From assembly GCA_016710765.1 (NCBI GenBank), contig JADJUJ010000024.1, positions 2,919 to 66,918 of the forward strand: a DNA stretch of 64,000 bases, read 5' to 3'. The first letter of the stretch is position 1; the number at the start of each line of letters is the position of its first letter. The DNA is from Lewinellaceae bacterium. GTDB lineage: Bacteria; Bacteroidota; Bacteroidia; Chitinophagales; Saprospiraceae. Below, piece by piece: positions 33,597-41,059 of this stretch. The notes under the pieces were generated by a model. That model had not been told where the DNA came from. It worked only from the letters and a program-made list of their open reading frames with translations, and did not search any database. A program made the translations under genes and the position numbers.

Positions 33597-35093
33597 ATGA
33601 AGGCAAAAATCTTTATTAGTTATCGGAGGAATGATAGCCGTTGGCAGTCAAAAGCTATTTACGACGACCTTACCAAACATTTTGGTGAAAATGCAGTATT
33701 CAAAGATTTAGAGATAACTCCGGGACAAGATTTTGAAGAACGTCTAAGGCAGGAAATTGATGAATCAAATGTAATACTTTTATTAATCAGTAAAAATTGG
33801 ATGAAGGAGTTGAAAAAACGCCTTCATGGTGGTGAAAAAGATTATGTTCAATATGAATTGACAACTGCTATTTCACTAGGGAAATATGTAATTCCGATAT
33901 TATTTGATGATGTGAAAATGCCGAGTGATGGAGAGTTGCCAGATTTGCTAAAGCCAATTTCCAAATTAAATGCAATCTCACTACTGGACACCACTTTCAA
34001 AAATGGGATTGGAAAACTAATAGAGACAATTGAAGATTTTCTCAAAAAAACCTCCAGCCCTAAACGCATACTTGTATTGGATTCTGGGGGCATTAGGATT
34101 GGCGCTTTGCTTGGACAATTGCAACATATTGAGAACCGATTGCGATTGCGGTATGGCCGTGATGACTTTCGGTTGCAGCAATATTTTAATTTAATAATAG
34201 GATCTGGTGATAGTGCATTATTAGCCACACTATTGGCACAAGGAAAATCAGTTTCTGAAGTTTATAAAATACATGCCCATTTTTACGATGAAATCTACAA
34301 ACCAAATAGAAATAACACAGTAAAAATGTTTCGAATTTTTACTTCTATGCATGATAGTAAATTATTGGAATCGTTTTTAAACAGGATATTTTATGATTCA
34401 TCGATATTAGATGGCTCATTGGAAACGGGGTTATTGGTTTTTGTTTATGACTTGTACAATAAGTCATTGGTACCTGTTTCTAACATATCTTCTCTGAACA
34501 AAAATGTCGATTTAGAATTAAATTTCATGAAGAATTTTATTAGATCTTCATTTGCTACTCCATCTTATTTTAATCCATATAATTCAGAATCAGGGGTTTA
34601 TATTGATGCTTCAATTTATTGTGGCAGGAATCCTTCTTTAGCCGTTTTTCAAAATATTCAGAACAACCTTCAACAAGACGAATGGAAGATTGGTACAGAA
34701 AATCTTTTTATACTTTCTCTCGGGTTTGATTCAGTTGATCTGGGTTTAACGGTCAAAAAGGGAGACTCAAATTATAACGTTTTACAGTGGGCAAGTCTGC
34801 TCCCAAGTGTTTTGATGGGAACCATTGATCGCAATACCGCTTTACTTTTGCAGGGAATCAGTCAAGGAATGGTATTAGGAGTGCCAATTGATGATATTCT
34901 TTTTAACTCTGGAAGTAATAGTGCTAATAGCTTATTTACCTATCATCGGTTTAACTGCTCAACCAAGGGAATTAAGGCGAATGACATGTCTGAATATCAT
35001 TCACGGACTTTTGAAAAGTGGTTTGCTCATGGGAAATTGCAAATAGAAGGTCAATTAGTTCCATCATTCTTCCCTGCGTGGTTTGATGTATAA
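33597..35093 (+). CDS. TIR domain fused to a patatin-like phospholipase-fold domain (candidate defence protein)
   Basis: TIR features: KIFISYRRND (aa 4-13) and SKNWMKE (Glu71). Patatin-like features: LVLDSGGIRIG (aa 159-169), IIGSGDSA (aa 200-207), IDASIYCGRNPS. The gene is visibly AT-rich relative to both flanks. Confidence 0.75.
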   Translation: MKAKIFISYRRNDSRWQSKAIYDDLTKHFGENAVFKDLEITPGQDFEERLRQEIDESNVILLLISKNWMKELKKRLHGGEKDYVQYELTTAISLGKYVIPILFDDVKMPSDGELPDLLKPISKLNAISLLDTTFKNGIGKLIETIEDFLKKTSSPKRILVLDSGGIRIGALLGQLQHIENRLRLRYGRDDFRLQQYFNLIIGSGDSALLATLLAQGKSVSEVYKIHAHFYDEIYKPNRNNTVKMFRIFTSMHDSKLLESFLNRIFYDSSILDGSLETGLLVFVYDLYNKSLVPVSNISSLNKNVDLELNFMKNFIRSSFATPSYFNPYNSESGVYIDASIYCGRNPSLAVFQNIQNNLQQDEWKIGTENLFILSLGFDSVDLGLTVKKGDSNYNVLQWASLLPSVLMGTIDRNTALLLQGISQGMVLGVPIDDILFNSGSNSANSLFTYHRFNCSTKGIKANDMSEYHSRTFEKWFAHGKLQIEGQLVPSFFPAWFDV

Positions 35094-35320
35094 CCTACTT
35101 TATTACTCGATATTTTAAAATGGCACCTCTCATGTGGCTTTCCTAATTTGGGTTAATTCATAGAATGAAAAGTAGTGTGTAACCTACTCATATTTAGGTG
35201 TTCTAGTTTTTTGATGGCCAAACAATACAGCCAATTCCATTTTGAGGGAATCAGTTTTTGGTTGATTACCCAACCATTGTAAGCGCCCATGCCGTCTTTA
35301 TAAAAAAAACGACCTACACT

Positions 35321-35725
35321 ATGAAAGCAGCCCTGATTTTTCCCATACTTGGCCTCCTACTGTTCCTCTCCAATTGTAAAAAGGAGGAAAGTCCAGTATT
35401 AAGCGGCATCCAGATCCGTTTCCACAGTTATCTGGATCACGACATCGAGGACGCCTATTACATCTCCAATGCCGATACCATCCAGATTGGCACCATTCCG
35501 GCAAATGGCTATACCTCCTATTTGGAATTCCCTTCGTTTACAACGGGTGACGGAATCCCCATGGGTATGGCTTATGGCCGCATCGATACCTGTGCGGTAC
35601 GTGCCTGGGCGGGGCTATGGTGCGGCACCGGAGTAGATTTTACAGATTTGGAACCGGGCTCGTACACTTTGAGTATTGGAAATGGCGTGCAAAATCCGTC
35701 CTGGTACTGGCTAGGGTTTGAATAG
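35321..35725 (+). CDS. Small lipoprotein, function unknown
   Basis: Lipobox MKAALIFPILGLLLFLSNC. No family recognised. Confidence 0.55.
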   Translation: MKAALIFPILGLLLFLSNCKKEESPVLSGIQIRFHSYLDHDIEDAYYISNADTIQIGTIPANGYTSYLEFPSFTTGDGIPMGMAYGRIDTCAVRAWAGLWCGTGVDFTDLEPGSYTLSIGNGVQNPSWYWLGFE

Positions 35726-35751
35726 TTCCAAATTTTGCTGAAATTCGCAGC

Positions 35752-37026
35752 ATGGAATTGTACGGTAAAATATTGCTCTTTGCCATGCCCGCTTTTTTGG
35801 CGTTGGTGCTGTTGGAAAAATGGTATGGCTGGTACAAAGGCAAGGACACCTTGCGGTCGATGGACATGTTGTCGAGCCTCAGCTCCGGTGTGACCAACGT
35901 GGTGAAGGATGTGCTTGGGCTTAGCATCGGCATCCTGAGTTACCGTTGGATGCTGGAGCACTGGTCGGTGTACCAGATCGAGGCGGGTTGGCTGACCTTC
36001 GCGGTGGCCTTTGTTGTGCTCGATTTTCAGGGCTACTGGGTGCACCGCTGGGCGCATCAGATCAATTTTTTCTGGAACAAACACGCCATTCACCACAGCA
36101 GCGAGGATTATAACCTGGCTTGTGCGTTGCGGCAGAGTGTATCCAGTTTTGTCAACCTGTTTACCTTTTTTCTGCTTCCCTGCGCCCTGTTGGGCATACC
36201 AACGGCAGTAATTGCCATTGTGGCGCCCATTCATTTGTTTGCGCAGTTCTGGTACCATACCCAGCACATAGGCCGCATGGGCTGGCTGGAAAACATTATT
36301 GTTACCCCCAGTCATCACCGGGTACACCATGCCATCAATCCGATGTACATGGACCGCAATTACGGTCAGATATTCATCTTTTGGGACAAATGGTTTGGGA
36401 CCTTTCAGGAAGAGTTGCCCTCGGAAACGGCAGTGTATGGCATTACCCGTCCGGCCCGCACCTGGAACCCCATTAAGATCAATTTTCAGCACATCTGGCT
36501 ATTGGCCAGGGATGCCTGGCGGGCCCGCAGTTGGTGGGACAAGTTGCGCCTTTGGTGGATGCCCACGGGCTGGCGCCCGGCAGATGTTGCGGAGCGATAT
36601 CCGGTGCACAAAATTGAGGATGTGTATCATTTTGAAAAATACGAGCCGAGAACCAGCCCGGCCATGAAAACCTGGGCCTGGATACAGTTTAGCGCCACCA
36701 TTTTGCTGGTATTTTATTTCTTTGGCAACCTGGCGCGCATCGGCAGTCCGGGTATATTCTGGTACGGCGGCTTTATTTTTCTTTCGGTGTATGCCTTCAG
36801 CGAGTTCATGGACCGCAATCCGATGGCGTTGGGCTGGGATCTTCTGAAGAGCGGGTTAGCCCTATATTGGCTTTGGCATTCGGGTGATTGGTTTGGTATC
36901 AGTAGCCTGGCGCCCTGGCTGGTGTACCTTGTAGGGGCCTGGATGCTGCTTTCGGTGATGGGCACAGGATGGTTGGTGTGGACAGAGATTCGGCAGGATG
37001 CGCGCTCCCAAGATGGCATGCGTTGA
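35752..37026 (+). CDS. Fatty acid hydroxylase/sterol desaturase family membrane protein with an extra C-terminal membrane domain
   Basis: Histidine boxes HRWAHQ, HAIHHSSE and HHRVHH. Polytopic. Confidence 0.8.
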   Translation: MELYGKILLFAMPAFLALVLLEKWYGWYKGKDTLRSMDMLSSLSSGVTNVVKDVLGLSIGILSYRWMLEHWSVYQIEAGWLTFAVAFVVLDFQGYWVHRWAHQINFFWNKHAIHHSSEDYNLACALRQSVSSFVNLFTFFLLPCALLGIPTAVIAIVAPIHLFAQFWYHTQHIGRMGWLENIIVTPSHHRVHHAINPMYMDRNYGQIFIFWDKWFGTFQEELPSETAVYGITRPARTWNPIKINFQHIWLLARDAWRARSWWDKLRLWWMPTGWRPADVAERYPVHKIEDVYHFEKYEPRTSPAMKTWAWIQFSATILLVFYFFGNLARIGSPGIFWYGGFIFLSVYAFSEFMDRNPMALGWDLLKSGLALYWLWHSGDWFGISSLAPWLVYLVGAWMLLSVMGTGWLVWTEIRQDARSQDGMR

Positions 37027-37113
37027 GTTTGTGAAAATTTTTGTAAAATATTTTGTGGGGTATTTGGATAAACGATTTGACTGTTCTTATCTTTGCCCCC
37101 GCTTCGGCAGAGA

Positions 37114-37188
37114 GGCCCGTTCGTCTAGGGGTTAGGACGCAGGATTTTCATTCCTGTAACACGGGTTCGATTCCCGTACGGGCTACCA
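37114..37188 (+). tRNA. tRNA-Glu (anticodon TTC), CCA encoded
   Basis: Acceptor ggcccgt/acgggct. Anticodon arm cagga-TT TTC AT-tcctg. T-arm acggg-ttcgatt-cccgt. Discriminator a, then cca. Confidence 0.9.
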
Positions 37189-37190
37189 AA

Positions 37191-37216
37191 GGCTACCAGA
37201 AATGGTGGCCTTTTTT
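37191..37216 (+). terminator. Hairpin plus T6 after tRNA-Glu (repeated after tRNA fragments 1-3)
   Basis: ggctacca-gaaa-tggtggcc followed by tttttt. The 5' arm duplicates the tRNA 3' end ggctacca. Confidence 0.7.
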
Positions 37217-37234
37217 CATGATACGCAACCTGTT

Positions 37235-37482
37235 ATGTCCTGGAAAGTATATGTATTAGAAAGTTTGCGATCTGGAGTTAGGTATGTCGGGATTAGTGAA
37301 GACTTGAACCGTCGCCTGAAAGAGCACAATTCAGGTAAAACAAAGTTTACTTCGGGCATATGCCTTGGGAGTTGTTGTATCAGGAGGAAACAGAAGATGC
37401 CGCTTCTGCAAGGGCCAGAGAAAAATATTTGAAATCGGCAGCGGGGCGAAGGTTTTTGGATAAAAAACTAAATCGAGAATGA
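37235..37482 (+). pseudogene. GIY-YIG (YhbQ/UPF0213-like) nuclease ORF, copy 1, frameshifted
   Basis: MSWKVYVLESLRSGVRYVGISEDLNRRLKEHNSG... The frame is lost at cttcgggcat (G3, versus G4 in copy 2). Confidence 0.7.
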
Positions 37483-37552
37483 TTTTCATTCCTGTAGCAC
37501 GGGTTCCCCGCCCGGATGACCGGTCGGACGGGGATTCCCGTACGGGCTACCA
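37481..37552 (+). other. tRNA-Glu 3'-half copy 1 (anticodon loop to CCA) with a 26-27-nt GC-rich insert in the T-loop
   Basis: gattttcattcctgtagcacgggttc[cccgcccggatgaccggtcggacgggg]attcccgtacgggctacca. No 5' half is present. Confidence 0.85.
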
Positions 37553-37598
37553 AAGGCTACCAGAAATGGTGGCCTTTTTTCATGATACGCAACCTGTT

Positions 37599-37943
37599 AT
37601 GTCCTGGAAAGTATATGTATTAGAAAGTTTGCGATCTGGAGTTAGGTATGTCGGGATTAGTGAAGACTTGAACCGTCGCCTGAAAGAGCACAATTCAGGT
37701 AAAACAAAGTTTACTTCGGGGCATATGCCTTGGGAGTTGTTGTATCAGGAGGAAACAGAAGATGCCGCTTCTGCAAGGGCCAGAGAAAAATATTTGAAAT
37801 CGGCAGCGGGGCGAAGGTTTTTGGATAAAACTAAATCGAGAATGATTTTCATTCCTGTAGCACGGGTTCCCCGCCCGGATGACCGGTCGGACGGGGATTC
37901 CCGGGCACCAAAGGCTACCAGAAATGGTGGCCTTTTTTCATGA
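37599..37943 (+). CDS. GIY-YIG nuclease ORF, copy 2 (C-terminus altered by a short A4 run and reads through the next tRNA fragment)
   Basis: Same core sequence. ..LDK then the frame differs because the run is ggataaaacta (A4) rather than A6. Confidence 0.7.
   Translation: MSWKVYVLESLRSGVRYVGISEDLNRRLKEHNSGKTKFTSGHMPWELLYQEETEDAASARAREKYLKSAAGRRFLDKTKSRMIFIPVARVPRPDDRSDGDSRAPKATRNGGLFS
37844..37910 (+). other. tRNA-Glu 3'-half copy 2, same T-loop insert, degenerate acceptor end
   Basis: ..ggggattcccgggcacca instead of ..attcccgtacgggctacca. Confidence 0.8.
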
Positions 37944-37956
37944 TACGCAACCTGTT

Positions 37957-38196
37957 ATGTCCTGGAAAGTATATGTTTTAGAAAGTTTGCGATCTGGAGT
38001 TAGGTATGTCGGGATTAGTGAAGACTTGAACCGTCGCCTGAAAGAGCACAATTCAGGTAAAACAAAGTTTACTTCGGGACATATGCCTTGGGAGTTGTTG
38101 TATCAGGAGGAAACAGAAGATGCCGCTTCTGCAAGGGCCAGAGAAAAATATTTGAAATCGGCAGCGGGGCGAAGGTTTTTGGATAAAAAAAACTAA
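37957..38196 (+). CDS. GIY-YIG nuclease ORF, copy 3
   Basis: 79 codons ending ..RRFLDKKN* (A8 run). Confidence 0.75.
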   Translation: MSWKVYVLESLRSGVRYVGISEDLNRRLKEHNSGKTKFTSGHMPWELLYQEETEDAASARAREKYLKSAAGRRFLDKKN

Positions 38197-38205
38197 ATCG
38201 AGAAT

Positions 38206-38277
38206 GATTTTCATTCCTGTAGCACGGGTTCCCCGCCCGGATGACCGGTCGGACGGGGATTCCCGTACGGGCTACCA
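38206..38277 (+). other. tRNA-Glu 3'-half copy 3 with the T-loop insert
   Basis: Identical to copy 1 over the fragment. Confidence 0.85.
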
Positions 38278-38323
38278 AAGGCTACCAGAAATGGTGGCCT
38301 TTTTTCATGATACGCAACCTGTT

Positions 38324-38572
38324 ATGTCCTGGAAAGTATATGTTTTAGAAAGTTTGCGATCTGGAGTTAGGTATGTCGGGATTAGTGAAGACTTGAACCG
38401 TCGCCTGAAAGAGCACAATTCAGGTAAAACAAAGTTTACTTCGGGACATATGCCTTGGGAGTTGTTGTATCAGGAGGAAACAGAAGATGCCGCTTCTGCA
38501 AGGGCCAGAGAAAAATATTTGAAATCGGCAGCGGGGCGAAGGTTTTTGGATAAAAAACTAAATCGAGAATGA
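38324..38572 (+). CDS. GIY-YIG nuclease ORF, copy 4
   Basis: 82 codons ending ..RRFLDKKLNRE* (A6 run). GIY-YIG hallmarks: KVYVLES...YVGIS.., R..EHN.G, and Glu in ..YQEE... Confidence 0.8.
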   Translation: MSWKVYVLESLRSGVRYVGISEDLNRRLKEHNSGKTKFTSGHMPWELLYQEETEDAASARAREKYLKSAAGRRFLDKKLNRE

Positions 38573-38642
38573 TTTTCATTCCTGTAGCACGGGTTCCCCG
38601 CCCGGATGACCGGTCGGACGGGGATTCCCGTACGGGCTACCA
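38571..38642 (+). other. tRNA-Glu 3'-half copy 4 with the T-loop insert
   Basis: Identical to copy 1. Followed by a different (probably ancestral) terminator. Confidence 0.85.
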
Positions 38643-38647
38643 AACAT

Positions 38648-38679
38648 CCCTCGTAACTATCTGGTTATGAGGGTTTTTT
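38648..38679 (+). terminator. Rho-independent terminator closing the tRNA-Glu/GIY-YIG array
   Basis: ccctcgtaac-tatctg-gttatgaggg followed by tttttt. Confidence 0.8.
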
Positions 38680-38983
38680 GTTTTTGGGGGACAAATAAGG
38701 GACAAATAACCCTCAATTTGAGCCATTTTATCCCTGCTTAGCCAATTCGTAACGCCCCTTTCTTTCCAGGTTAATTATGAGTTTTCAGTAGTTTCAAAGT
38801 TACAGGGGAAACAGACAGGTCTCCAATTTTACCCTCCTTAACTGAACTTGTGCTGCAGGGAGCGTTTTTATCCCAACTACTTTCTTTAATGGTTACGGTC
38901 CATTCAAATTTACCCAACATTATTATGTCCCTCGCACTTACCCGCTGAAAGAGGATTCAGTGGCTATTTATTTTTACCACTTA

Positions 38984-39290
38984 GGGCTACGGTTTACACA
39001 CATCTTTGCAGCGTCCTATTTTTAGGCCCGAAGGGCCGGCATTATTGTAGTATACCGTAGATCTTGGCCTGGAATGCCGTAGGCATGGCATTAAACCCCC
39101 GAGATTTGGGCAAGTTTTACCTTAACATCAGCAAATTGGGGCTGTTTCGAATGGACACAACCATGAATCGCCGACATTGAAATGCCTTGCCTACGGCATT
39201 CCGTAAATTGGGCCTGCGGAATGCTACAATAATGCCAGCCCTTCGGGCCTAAAAATCTAATACCGTAAAGTTGTGTGTAAACCGTAGCCC
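38984..39290. mobile_element. About 307-bp foldback (MITE-like) element with ~110-nt homologous inverted arms
   Basis: gggctacggtttacacaca...tttttaggcccgaagggccggcattattgtag pairs with ctacaataatgccagcccttcgggcctaaaaa...tgtgtgtaaaccgtagccc. There is an inner inverted repeat ggaatgccgtaggca / tgcctacggcattcc. Confidence 0.7.
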
Positions 39291-39362
39291 TTAGGGGACC
39301 TACTCATGTCGCCATGGATTGAAATTGGTTGCTTCAGGCACATTATTCAGTGCCTCGCCCCC

Positions 39363-40488
39363 TCAATTCTTGACCACCCTCGCCCTTCCCACCAGCACTC
39401 CGTTGCGTTGCAACACCAGTTCATACACGCCTGGCGGCAAAGCGGCAACCGGAAGGGAAACATCATGCTCACTGGCAGCCGCCGTCACAGTCTTTTCCAG
39501 CACCATACGGCCCTGCACATTGATCAGCTGTAATTGATAGGCAGCGGTTGCGTCGTCGGTGAAATGTACAAATAAGGTATGCTGGACAGGATTTGGGTAG
39601 GTAGATACTTCATAGACTGCCGGTGTATAGGTGGCAGCAGGGGGAGGCATGACTTTGTATTGAACGTCGAGTACTTGGTTTTGGCTTGTATTGAGCGTAC
39701 ATATAGCGATGGCTTCCTTAGACACATCGTTCAAAAAATGAAAGGTCGTGATGGTATCCGTGCCCAGCGGCAGGATTTGCTGGCCGCCTATCGTGGAAAT
39801 ATCTATCCAGCCCAGCGGCGCGACTTTTACATCCACGGCAGTTGATCGGTATTCGGTTTGTTTTTTTCGCAGCACGTCAAAAGTACCGCCGGGGATGTCT
39901 AGTGTGCCATAGGCATCTATGGTACTTACACGTTGATACGTAACCCTGATACGGAAAGAATCGGCTGTCGGCACCAGGTTCAGCAGCACAGGGGGCGCAA
40001 TGGGTGCATCGAAGGCAGATAATATATTACTAGTAGATTGTTTGATATCAAAAAAGTTGGCAGGCGCCCATGATACTTCGAGGGGTGGTTTTTTTCAAAC
40101 AACAAATTCAAGCCCAATCCCAATTGATCCAGGCCAAAATAACCCATATCAAGCACCTGAGTACCGGTGATTTGCCCATAAACTTCCGAATTGGAGTTCA
40201 GTGGATGGTACAGGATCGACGCGCCTGGGAAGGACCCGGAAGCCGTACCCGATTGTGGATTTTGTATGATCTGGTCCCAGTATTGGGTGGGTTGCAGGTC
40301 GCTCAGGTTCCAATGCTGGTCGCCGCCGGGCGGGTGAAAATCTGGTTGATGGCTCCTGGCTGGTTGCCAAAAGCAAAGTGCAGCGTGTCGCCAACCACCG
40401 GAAAAACCGAATTGGTGATGGTGATTTGCGCGGTTGTAGGACCCATAAGTGCCCAAAAAAGGAGGTGGAAAAATGCCAGTCGTTTCAT
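39363..40488 (-). CDS. Secreted protein with a T9SS C-terminal sorting domain; body split over three frames
   Basis: Signal peptide MKRLAFFHLLFWALMGPTTAQ. The C-terminal domain reads YPNPVQHTLFVHF...LINVQGRMV...LPPGVYELVL. Confidence 0.65.
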
Positions 40489-40870
40489 GGGCGTACAGTT
40501 ACAAGTGAAAGGTTTGTTAGAACGCAATGGGGCTGGCTGCAGGGTAGTTGTACAAAGTTATTCCAAAATTTACAATCGGGCGGGCTATTTTTTCAGCTGG
40601 GCAATGGTAGCCAAGACAGGAACTACCGTCAATCATTGCATTTTATACTGGTCGCACGAGATCCACCAGTAACCACAACTTGGTTGACTGCAGGGATAGG
40701 CAATCGAAAGTTGACCTTCACAGTTGCAGGTAGTTGCTCCTGTTCGGAAGTATCCATATGAAAATGTAAATAGAGCCACTTTTCTCGATTTTCCAAATTA
40801 ATGCTGTTAAAACCAATTGAAAGCACGTTAAGTATTTGACCTGTAATCTGTAGCAGGTAAATCAAATAGC

Positions 40871-40904
40871 AGTAGTCAGGACTTCGGTGCTGGCTACTTT
40901 TTTT
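40871..40904 (+). terminator. Orphan hairpin plus T7 on the + strand
   Basis: agtagtcag-gacttcggtg-ctggctact followed by a T-run. No annotated + strand gene lies upstream. Confidence 0.4.
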
Positions 40905-41059
40905 GTTGGCGCACAATACCTGGAGCGCAGTGTACTTTTTGGAGTGTATTCCATTAACTGTGTTAATGCGCTGCTTTTTGCTTTCAGGTTTTTTCTCCCC
41001 ATTCTTTTCAAAAACCTACTTTTGTCCATTACGCCACTTCCGAAGCATCTACCTTTCTC

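Larger units (their letters stand above)
37189..38644 (+). mobile_element. Tandem array of four ~363-bp units, each [terminator, GIY-YIG ORF, tRNA-Glu 3'-half copy]; candidate tRNA-targeting selfish cassette
   Basis: Unit starts recur at 37143(tRNA)/37481/37844/38206/38571. The units are near-identical. The original tRNA terminator follows the last unit. Confidence 0.6.

Noticed and set aside
37479-38572. Long ORFs (MIFIPVARVPRPDDRSDGDSRTGYQRLPEMVAFFHDTQPV...) that extend the GIY-YIG proteins N-terminally
   Set aside because: The extensions are translations of the tRNA-Glu 3'-half copy and the hairpin+T6 terminator. The conserved GIY-YIG start MSWKVYVLES lies downstream of the terminator.
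37481-38642. The four tRNA-like segments as additional functional tRNA-Glu genes
   Set aside because: They lack the acceptor 5' strand, the D-arm and the 5' side of the anticodon stem. The upstream sequence cannot supply these, and the T-loop is interrupted by 26-27 nt.
33597-38679. TIR-patatin, lipoprotein, desaturase and the tRNA-Glu array as one integrated island
   Set aside because: Only the TIR-patatin gene is compositionally deviant. The lipoprotein and desaturase genes look native. No integrase or flanking direct repeats were seen. The loci are therefore treated as separate observations.
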